A stretch of 64,000 nucleotides of DNA from Kiritimatiellia bacterium (GTDB lineage Bacteria; Verrucomicrobiota; Kiritimatiellia; RFP12; UBA1067): NCBI GenBank assembly GCA_017628025.1, contig JAGBZX010000001.1, positions 1,268-65,267 of the forward strand. Direction: 5' to 3'. How positions within the stretch are numbered: the stretch's first letter is position 1; every line of letters starts with the position of its first letter. The notes beneath the pieces are model-generated. The model was not told the DNA's origin. It saw only the letters and a program-made list of their open reading frames with translations, and searched no databases. Of the stretch, positions 56,920 through 64,000 are shown piece by piece. Position numbers and translations under genes: made by a program.

Positions 56920-57300
56920 TTACTTCGTCTTACCGTTCAAATCAATATCCTTAAGCATGCGATTGCGTACCGTCGCTTCACTTTTGCGGCGAAGCACGTC
57001 AAATTTCTTTGCATACTGAAGTTCCTGTGCTTTTAAAGCGCGTACTTCCTCGCCCTTGCCTTCAGGGTCTTTCTCTGAGGCAGCTTTGAGTTTAGCACGC
57101 AAAATCTGAAGCTCTTTAACTAACATCTTCTGCTCTTTCTGAAGAGCATCAAGTTCTTTTATATACTTTTTATCCTGCATTCTCTTCTCAACAGGCTCAC
57201 GCGTATCTGGAGCTTTGGGCGCTACCAAAATAGCCAAGAGTGCGCCAAGTATCGCTAGCGCAACTATAATAGCTATCGTTAGAATTTTCTTCTTACTCAT
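56920..57300 (-). CDS. Single-pass membrane coiled-coil protein (hypothetical), coupled to the giant gene
   Basis: 126 aa with TM ILTIAIIVALAILGALLAILVA, then a charged heptad-like segment KELDALQKEQKMLVKELQILRAKLKAA. Its ATG overlaps the upstream stop (ATGAGTAA), and its stop lies 13 nt before the giant ATG. Confidence 0.7.
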   Translation of the reverse strand: MSKKKILTIAIIVALAILGALLAILVAPKAPDTREPVEKRMQDKKYIKELDALQKEQKMLVKELQILRAKLKAASEKDPEGKGEEVRALKAQELQYAKKFDVLRRKSEATVRNRMLKDIDLNGKTK

Positions 57301-58771
57301 AAGTATTTTCCTTCTTCATCGGCTCAACCTCAATTGGCTGACGCTTTGTGTTGATGCCCCACGAATAAAACACAGGATACTCTAAGTACTTGTCCCAACC
57401 TGCTGTAGAACCAGGCGATTCGCTAGATCTCGGGTCGATAATTTCAATAACCGACTGGAATTCCTTCTCGTGACCCTTGGGGTAGAACGAGTTTTCATTA
57501 AATACAAACCACCTAAGCGGCACCCAGTTTGGTGAAGTGTGCGCAAAATCAGTCTTGCCGTTGCTAAGGATGCCGCGGACGTTGAACGTCGGGCCATTCC
57601 AATCAGAAGACTTAACGAAATTAAGCGAGTGCGAACCGACATCGCGCCCACGCATTACTCGCGGCGGATATGCTTCGTAAGCATATTCTGGTGAATTATT
57701 CGAAATGCACATATAAATAGTACCTATTTCATTACCACCTGTTGCGCCATTCTTAGGTTGAGGAACGGTAGAAAAGCCTGCCTTAAAATACATATTAGAC
57801 TTTGTAGGATCAATATCTAACCAGTACATCTGCGTAAGCGTAAGGTTAGTAACTATTGTTCCGCTATAATTTACAAACTTCGCTAGTTCAATCTCTTCGC
57901 TTTCTGGGTGCGCCCAATCTTGACCAAAGACATCCTTGCTATTTCTTAGCCAATCCATAACAGCAGGCGTAAAGGGATCATCAGGATCTAAGCCATAATC
58001 AAACAACTTCTTAGAAACACCAGCAAACGCCGTAACTGTAACATTGTTTGATGCGCCCTTACCAACTTCAACAGAGTATGTACGAGGCTCTGGCAGCGTC
58101 GTAAAGACAACTTCCTTGCCATTAGTAGTTACGCTCTTTAATTCATACCACTTGTCGACGGTATAAGTAATATTTGTGCCAGTAAGGCTACCCTTCTTAA
58201 AGACAATCATCACATTGGAGTTTGACTTAACAACATCGCCAAATGTCTGCTTGATGTAAGGCAATGTCTGGTCGAGATTTGAGAAAATAAAGATATCTTC
58301 ACCGTTTGGCGTTGGGTGATCAGAGCTAATCTGCTGACTAGCGTTGATTCTGCCAGGCGTCTGAGCCATGATATTATTCCAAGTTGCCGCGGTTTCACCG
58401 TGCGACTCAAACACACCTAACGAAGCACCAACTGGACCGTTGTCATAGCCCGCACCAAAGAACGCCGTCTGCTTGCCGGTCTTTTTAATAATTTCATTCA
58501 TACGCCCAGCTACATAATCAACATCACCATTAAGCGCATAACCTTCATACTCAGCCCAAAGGTTTGTGCCGGCTACGACTATTTCATGCTCGATAATGCC
58601 GCTAGGTCTTACGAGCTGAACTGCAAAAGGATAAATCGTGCTAGCTTCACCTGTCGCACCAAGAACGGAACCAGGCTTGGAGATATTCCAAACACCATCA
58701 AGTTTACCATTCTCGCGCGTAAGCTCCTTCTTGTTAAGAGTGTATGGGCTTGCAACTACATGGAATACATA
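57293..58771 (-). CDS. 3' segment (492 codons) of a large beta-rich protein; no start codon for the first 90 codons
   Basis: The track calls 57293..58501 from the first ATG. The frame is open for 90 more sense codons up to TAA 58774..58772, with no ATG/GTG/TTG (every triplet checked). The extension reads YVFHVVASPYTLNKKELTRENGKLDGVWNISKPGSVLGATGEASTIYPFAVQLVRPSGIIEHEIVVAGTNLWAEYEGYALNGDVDYVAGR. Confidence 0.7.
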   Translation of the reverse strand, partial: YVFHVVASPYTLNKKELTRENGKLDGVWNISKPGSVLGATGEASTIYPFAVQLVRPSGIIEHEIVVAGTNLWAEYEGYALNGDVDYVAGRMNEIIKKTGKQTAFFGAGYDNGPVGASLGVFESHGETAATWNNIMAQTPGRINASQQISSDHPTPNGEDIFIFSNLDQTLPYIKQTFGDVVKSNSNVMIVFKKGSLTGTNITYTVDKWYELKSVTTNGKEVVFTTLPEPRTYSVEVGKGASNNVTVTAFAGVSKKLFDYGLDPDDPFTPAVMDWLRNSKDVFGQDWAHPESEEIELAKFVNYSGTIVTNLTLTQMYWLDIDPTKSNMYFKAGFSTVPQPKNGATGGNEIGTIYMCISNNSPEYAYEAYPPRVMRGRDVGSHSLNFVKSSDWNGPTFNVRGILSNGKTDFAHTSPNWVPLRWFVFNENSFYPKGHEKEFQSVIEIIDPRSSESPGSTAGWDKYLEYPVFYSWGINTKRQPIEVEPMKKENTYE

Positions 58772-59015
58772 TTAGATGTAGACCACTTTGAGTCCTTTTT
58801 CGCCGGCAGGTTATCTGTGCCAAACCTTGCCGCGATATTCGTAACTATCACGTCATCTGCGCGCTCTAAAAGACGAACCTCCCAATCATCAAGCGCAGAC
58901 TCAACGGGAGCCGCAATCTCGACATACTGACACGTCGCGTCAGTATTTTCGTCAGTTACATTGTCAAACATACCAAAGACATTAACCTCGTTAATCCAAG
59001 CCCAATCGGGAGCGA
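58576..59015 (-). other. Lamin-tail-domain (LTD)-like region spanning the frame change
   Basis: The first half lies in the upstream frame (INEV ... QYVEIAAP ... DDWEVRL). The second half lies in the downstream frame (YVFHVVASP ... EASTIYPFAVQLVRPSGIIEHEIVV), matching the LTD pattern I-x-E-V ... [FY]-[VI]-E-[LI] ... L-x-G-W-x-L ... then a final strand pair. Confidence 0.45.
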
Positions 59016-62000
59016 CTGTATCAAGAATATTAAACGCGGCAAACGTTGCATCTTTGGTGACCTTGTCGCGGTTGTAATCAATTGGCGAGTACCACTCAGG
59101 CGCGCGCCACATCGAGTTATCAAGATAGTTTGTAATTGGCTGAGAGAGGTCTGACTTATTGTAATAAACAACTTCAAGCATATACTGAACAACCTCACCA
59201 GCGACAGTAGAAGCAGGAATTACATTATCACCCAATCCTAAGTTAGTTGAACGGAAGACTAAGTTAGTCCCCTCAACGCGAGTAAGCTGAACGCGGAACT
59301 TCTTCTTGCCTTGAGGAGCATCATAATCCTTCCAGTTATCGTATCCCCACGGAAGAATGCCCTTGTACCAGCTAAGGAACACCTGTGGCGGACGGGCAAC
59401 AAAATCAACTTCGTCTGGGAGCTGAGCTGCGTAAACTTCGCACTGAACACCCCAGCTCTCGTTGCAAAGCGGCTGCTCCTTAGCCGTTGGCACGCCTTCA
59501 ATTACCGTCAAATCGCTCATATGATTGCGGAAGGCGCCAACATTGCGGAACTTAACAGCAGGATCTACCGCCTCGCACACAAGGAACTCATCGATAATAA
59601 CGCGCTCAACATTATCACCGTAAAGTGGCACGCCTAGCCTAAATGCCGAGAAGGTGCTGCCTTGATTTGCCTTATAAGAATACGTCTCAAAGGCATTATT
59701 CGTAATTGAAAACGACTGTAAAGCCTCCCATGATTCATCTGCCGCGTCAGTAGTCTTGCCTTTACGAGCACCGTAGAGGACGAGCTTAGCAGCAGCTGGA
59801 CCATTTTTCGTCTTAAACTTACGAGCTTTAAACGAAACTTCACCAACGATATCGTCTGTAAACGTAGGCGACTGAATGAACGGCATATGGCGCTCGTAAA
59901 CAATCTCTTCCTCTTCGCTTTCGCCGTCAGGGAGAATCCTCGCCTCCGGGTTCTTATACGAGTTATTAATCGCCATTGAACGCCCAGCAAAAGCGAGATT
60001 TTCAGAGAAGTCAGGTAAATACGTGCGCCCCTCAGCATTTGCGCCGTCCCAATGCTCCCAATCGATATCTGCGCCCTCGGCGTTCTGGCCTACGCTACGA
60101 ATGTTCCAGCCCCACCAAGCGCGCTCATCAATGCGCGGCTCGTCAGAACAAGAAACCTCCGTAATGCGAACCTCACCAAACTCCGTCTTGTCAACGCTAT
60201 TGGCGACATTCGTAACTACAGTTGGGTCAACGACTAACCTAAACATACCCTGAACGCCATGTAAGCCGGTGTAAACTGTACGCGAGCCAGCCTTGCGTTC
60301 TTCATCTGAAAGAACTGAGAAGTTGAAGTTAGAAATCGTGTGCCAAATCTCGCTATTATGAATATCGAGGTTTGCCGGCGAAGCAGTAGTGTAGTTAATA
60401 TTCGTAGCAATCTGAAGAAGAATTACCGTGTTCTTCTGCGCATCAGCATAACTAAAGCTAAACTTACCCAAACCTTCGCCGCGGCCATACATTCCGTCAA
60501 AGAGCGGGCTCTTAATCGCTGAAGGTCTTGGGCCTGTCGTGCGACGAGCTGAAAGCAAGATACCCTTCTCTTTAATCCAAGATGAAGAGAAGGTGAAGTT
60601 AGTATAGTTGTACTGAGTATCTCCGACTGCGATTCTATTGTCTCCGCCGTTAACATAGTCGTATGCATTAGCCCAGTCATCGCCGCGCCACTGCGAAACA
60701 ACAATCTCGTCGATTACAACATCAACTCTAACATCATCAACCTCGCCACCGACCTGGAAGCGAATCTGCGAATCATCATTGAGATAAAAGTTCTTCGAGA
60801 AATCAAGCGTCGAGCCAGATGTACCAAACGAATTAAACTCATTCGTCCAAACTGTGCGCCACGCGCTTTCAGTGCCGTCGTAAGATGGGTTTCTAAGAGC
60901 AACATAAAGCTTTTGAGAAATTGGCGAAGCCCTAAAGCCGAAATCGTTGGCATCTGTTCCGTTAAACCTCTCCATGCGCCCATACTGATAATACCAATAC
61001 TCGTTAAGTATATCATCGCGGCACGAATACGATTCAGACGGCAATTGAACTTTACTCTTGTAATTACTCGTGGTAGCCTCTCTACTTACTACAGCAGCTG
61101 CTTCGTAGTAATAAGGAGCTAAAAAGATACCTTCAGAGTTTGCAGATAATAAACCATATGTACCATTTTTATGAACATTGCTACTGTCAGTATACTTCAA
61201 AGAATACCAAACCTCACTAGTCTGTGCAAAATCTGTTTGCACGGAACTGCCGCTCATCGCAGCTGCACCTAACCTTACACCAGCCCAAATAACAACAGAG
61301 TTTGCCGTGTTTGAAACTGAAACATACATCGGTAAATACTTTTGGTTGGAAATTGGCTGAGTGATATCGTTCTGGAAGTTATCACCGTCCTCATTGCTCT
61401 TCTGAAGCGAAACTACCGTATTTGTCCATGCCTTAAGCTCTTTAGAAGTATACTTACCGGTAGAGTCACAGCTCCACTTAAGAAGTACTAACCTCTGGCC
61501 CTTGTTACCGCGAGAATTATTCTTATTATGCACATAGTTGCCTTTGTCCTGCGGGTGATCTGCAATCTGCTCCCATCTTGCTTCATAGCAGCCACGCCCA
61601 GGGATATAGTGCGCTATGAGCGAGAGCGATGCATTACCGCGATATGCTTCGTTCTTCTTACCGTCAAAAGCGACACGAGCTGCGAACGTATAGTTCGTCA
61701 TATTCTGGCGTTCACGAGCACCTGCGTCGTAGTATGAGAAATTCTCGAATTCAATGCTTTGACCGAGTCTAGCGTTATAGCTAATAGTATCAATACCACG
61801 AGGCGTAGGAGTCTGAACATACTCTACTCCGCCGCGTCCACAGCCTTCCATCTGAAGTGCCGCGCCGCTCTTTGTATCACGATACTTCTCTGCTACCCAC
61901 ATACCCTGCTTGATATCCCAGCCGTTATACCAGTTATCAGCAAATGTCTCATATGCTGGATAACCAGAGGCAACAGTAAACTGATTGCCCGTCGGGAAGC

Positions 62001-64000
62001 TTAGCAACCACCTTGGGCTTTCTGATGGCATATCAAGCCATGTATCAAAGTTTTCAATATACGTCTTTTGCGTTGACGAAACGCCTAGTCTCTTGTCTGT
62101 TTCATCATCACGGCCAACGAAAAGCTGTAACTGGCTAGAAGCGGCGTCATTCCACTTGTTGAAGTCCTGATAATCAGCATGAACGATCGTAAGCCCATCT
62201 GTGCGATCGTCAATCTGGAACATCAAATAACCAGTCTTGGCATCATTAGGGACCTGGCTCCATTCTCCATCTTCACGAACAACAAGCGAGCCCGTCACTG
62301 GTACATTGTTAGTTGTGAACTGATCGCCCCATACTTCGATGTTTTGCTGATACTCAGTAGCTCCATTCTCCTGACGGTTCATCGCAAGAACCTTGTAGTA
62401 GAACTTACCAACGCTATTTGTCGGCGTCTGGACATAGCCGCGCCACGTATGGTTTTTAACTACTTCCATCACATTTGTAAGAGTTGTTCCCCCTTCGCTA
62501 AACTTATACTCAATCTTAAGCGCTTCATACTCACTTATGCCTTCTCTTAGGCGAATAAACCAATCTGCGCGCGCCTTTGAGTTACTCGACATCTTTGAAG
62601 TATAACCAGTCTTAAAGTCTGTAATCTCTTCAGTATATCCTGGCACCCCTAAGCCCGTACCAGAATAATCCACATACTCATAGTATGGGGCTTGGACAGT
62701 ACCTGAGAAGTAAAATTCAACATCACCTACGCCGCCGGGGAGATTTAACGGCTCAAACGCCTTAAAGCCATTACTTGGGTTAAGCTCAACGCTGTACCAT
62801 TCGCGGCCAAAATCAGGCGTTGCACGCTGCTCAAGGTAACGCCAGCGGTAATGCATCTTAGCACTTGTTATAAATTTCGTAGCGTCCGCTGTCTCTAACA
62901 TGCTATTAGTGTAGAACGAAAGAGCAGCGCGCCCATAAAGCTCATCAGTAGCTGAAGGATAAGCTACCGTCATTGCTCCTGCCCAACCAGTAATTTCTTT
63001 GCCAACCTTAGCCGTGTCGTTCGTTCCATACGGCATAAGTTCAGCATACATTGCAGGCGTAGAAACGATAATATTATCAAGAATAATAAAGTTACCATCG
63101 TCAGGCTGATACTCATTCGAAGCAGCCGCCTTAGTGCGCTCAATCTTAAAGCGCACCGGTCCCTTAATATTAAGCGGAACGTAAATACGGTAGAAATTGT
63201 TCGTTGTGCCGCCATTTCTTACTAAAAGCGCCAATTCATTCGTGCCGCCTCTTGAGTTTTGCGCTTCAGCCTTAAACTCTGTCGTTCCATCTCGCTTAAG
63301 TGCAAAAATTTGAGCTTCCTTCCAGTCGGCGTTTGAGTAACTATTAGTAAGCTCAACAGCTTCATCTGTCGGCATCGTTACGCCATCCTTGCAAGTAGTG
63401 GCATAATAAACCTTAATCGCGCAGTTCTCTGCCGTAGCTGCTGTTAATTGGTTAACCGCGTCAAAGTATATTGTGCCGATACCATCTTCAAAGCACTTTG
63501 AAAACACAACCGCGCCAAGACCGTCATAATCTGAAACCATATTGCGCATTACCAGGGTGCCGACGTTTCGAGCTTGAAGTCCAACCAAACCACTACCATT
63601 TATATTTCCAGATGTAGAACTCCAAGGCAAATAGTTTTCTGTACCTACTGTAGCTCCAAGAGCAATAGTATTTGCTCTAAAGGTATTACCATGGCGGCAA
63701 TTAATAAGATTCCAAAGTATCTCGCCCTTATCCTGCTCAGTACCTTTTGTACGAAGCATAAACTCATAACCTTTCTTCATATTCTTGTAATCTGAAGATG
63801 TTGGCGCAAAAGTATCATTCGAAGCATCAAAATCCCACCATGTTGAATATGATGGAGAAGATCTGTTATATCCCTGATTTGTAATCGGGCAACTAGTATT
63901 TCTATCATCATTCATCAAAAGTATTCGCCCATTATCACCGCCACCGCCAGAAAGAATATCTTGCTGGGGAGACCTATCGCGGATAATAAACTCAATTGTG
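58756..64000 (-). CDS. Large beta-rich protein, 5'-truncated by the window (at least 1747 aa here); jelly-roll-like modules and the start of a lamin-tail-like domain
   Basis: The track start (63918) is a TTG, but the frame is open to the window edge (...TIEFIIRDRSPQQDILSGGGGDNGRILL-MNDDRN). Repeated module boundaries: G-x-[IF]-x-F-x-[AY] openings (GIGTIYFDAV, GIDTISYNARL, GLGKFSFSYAD, VGEVSFKARKF) and hydrophobic-D-[EN]-hydrophobic closings (NFIILDNIIVS, VDVVIDEIVVS, ERVIIDEFLVCE). The C-terminus reads WINEVNVF...QYVEIAAPVESALDDWEVRL. Confidence 0.8.
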   Translation of the reverse strand, partial: TIEFIIRDRSPQQDILSGGGGDNGRILLMNDDRNTSCPITNQGYNRSSPSYSTWWDFDASNDTFAPTSSDYKNMKKGYEFMLRTKGTEQDKGEILWNLINCRHGNTFRANTIALGATVGTENYLPWSSTSGNINGSGLVGLQARNVGTLVMRNMVSDYDGLGAVVFSKCFEDGIGTIYFDAVNQLTAATAENCAIKVYYATTCKDGVTMPTDEAVELTNSYSNADWKEAQIFALKRDGTTEFKAEAQNSRGGTNELALLVRNGGTTNNFYRIYVPLNIKGPVRFKIERTKAAASNEYQPDDGNFIILDNIIVSTPAMYAELMPYGTNDTAKVGKEITGWAGAMTVAYPSATDELYGRAALSFYTNSMLETADATKFITSAKMHYRWRYLEQRATPDFGREWYSVELNPSNGFKAFEPLNLPGGVGDVEFYFSGTVQAPYYEYVDYSGTGLGVPGYTEEITDFKTGYTSKMSSNSKARADWFIRLREGISEYEALKIEYKFSEGGTTLTNVMEVVKNHTWRGYVQTPTNSVGKFYYKVLAMNRQENGATEYQQNIEVWGDQFTTNNVPVTGSLVVREDGEWSQVPNDAKTGYLMFQIDDRTDGLTIVHADYQDFNKWNDAASSQLQLFVGRDDETDKRLGVSSTQKTYIENFDTWLDMPSESPRWLLSFPTGNQFTVASGYPAYETFADNWYNGWDIKQGMWVAEKYRDTKSGAALQMEGCGRGGVEYVQTPTPRGIDTISYNARLGQSIEFENFSYYDAGARERQNMTNYTFAARVAFDGKKNEAYRGNASLSLIAHYIPGRGCYEARWEQIADHPQDKGNYVHNKNNSRGNKGQRLVLLKWSCDSTGKYTSKELKAWTNTVVSLQKSNEDGDNFQNDITQPISNQKYLPMYVSVSNTANSVVIWAGVRLGAAAMSGSSVQTDFAQTSEVWYSLKYTDSSNVHKNGTYGLLSANSEGIFLAPYYYEAAAVVSREATTSNYKSKVQLPSESYSCRDDILNEYWYYQYGRMERFNGTDANDFGFRASPISQKLYVALRNPSYDGTESAWRTVWTNEFNSFGTSGSTLDFSKNFYLNDDSQIRFQVGGEVDDVRVDVVIDEIVVSQWRGDDWANAYDYVNGGDNRIAVGDTQYNYTNFTFSSSWIKEKGILLSARRTTGPRPSAIKSPLFDGMYGRGEGLGKFSFSYADAQKNTVILLQIATNINYTTASPANLDIHNSEIWHTISNFNFSVLSDEERKAGSRTVYTGLHGVQGMFRLVVDPTVVTNVANSVDKTEFGEVRITEVSCSDEPRIDERAWWGWNIRSVGQNAEGADIDWEHWDGANAEGRTYLPDFSENLAFAGRSMAINNSYKNPEARILPDGESEEEEIVYERHMPFIQSPTFTDDIVGEVSFKARKFKTKNGPAAAKLVLYGARKGKTTDAADESWEALQSFSITNNAFETYSYKANQGSTFSAFRLGVPLYGDNVERVIIDEFLVCEAVDPAVKFRNVGAFRNHMSDLTVIEGVPTAKEQPLCNESWGVQCEVYAAQLPDEVDFVARPPQVFLSWYKGILPWGYDNWKDYDAPQGKKKFRVQLTRVEGTNLVFRSTNLGLGDNVIPASTVAGEVVQYMLEVVYYNKSDLSQPITNYLDNSMWRAPEWYSPIDYNRDKVTKDATFAAFNILDTVAPDWAWINEVNVFGMFDNVTDENTDATCQYVEIAAPVESALDDWEVRLLERADDVIVTNIAARFGTDNLPAKKDSKWSTSNMYSM

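Larger units (their letters stand above)
57293..64000 (-). pseudogene. Possible single gene of at least 2239 codons interrupted by a -1 frame change at 58756..58774
   Basis: The upstream frame ends at TAG 58758..58756. The downstream frame opens after TAA 58774..58772 and is offset by -1. A lamin-tail-like domain appears to span the junction. Alternatives are an assembly indel or recoding. Confidence 0.45.

Noticed and set aside
58756-58774. Programmed -1 ribosomal frameshift as the primary explanation for the split large gene
   Set aside because: No slippery X-XXY-YYZ heptamer and no obvious downstream stimulatory structure could be recognised in the only window where the shift could occur. 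It is kept as a minor alternative within the frameshift finding.
58586-58930. 114-aa plus-strand ORF in the apparent gap between the two large minus-strand ORFs
   Set aside because: The minus strand is coding throughout this interval (upstream frame to 58756, downstream frame open from 58771). The plus-strand translation has no features.

Overview
All supportable genes in this 64-kb window (about 46 CDS and 1 tRNA) lie on the minus strand, with very short or overlapping junctions. Gene content points to a Gram-negative, fermentative bacterium. It shows PVC-superphylum hallmarks (inference): LPS genes (LpxL-type acyltransferase, GT4, KdsD), ackA-pta, a GFTLVELLVVI-type prepilin-like protein, and a secretin/PilM cluster. 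The order of that cluster, and one of its products, resemble the Akkermansia Amuc_1098-1102 pilus-like locus. Housekeeping genes are cysK, priA, a pgsA-like gene, rbfA-infB-nusA, an acyl-CoA ligase, HIT, birA, recA, rho and coaE. Secreted CAZyme-like genes are interspersed (partial AXE1-like gene, beta-helix protein, GH5). The outstanding feature is a giant-gene locus of at least 26 kb (37581..64000). Its main product is a 6441-aa Sec-signal protein with PKD-like modules, about 30 thrombospondin-type-3-like DxDxDG calcium motifs, a central LamG lectin-like domain and three diverged ~1100-aa super-repeats. It is preceded by a translationally coupled 126-aa membrane coiled-coil protein and by a beta-rich protein of at least 2239 aa. 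That upstream protein is split by an apparent -1 frame change inside a lamin-tail-like domain. Other signals: a 10-unit heptanucleotide (GTTAGGA) repeat of Shine-Dalgarno and stop motifs between ackA and pta, whose last unit holds the pta ATG; recurrent extended -10 promoters (TGATATAATACT); a consensus promoter giving an essentially leaderless 4-gene operon; and a tRNA-Leu(UAA) 11 nt upstream of a GTG-started glycosyltransferase. I saw no rRNA, CRISPR, transposase/integrase or prophage signatures. All homology statements come from motif recognition by eye; no database search or composition statistic was computed.
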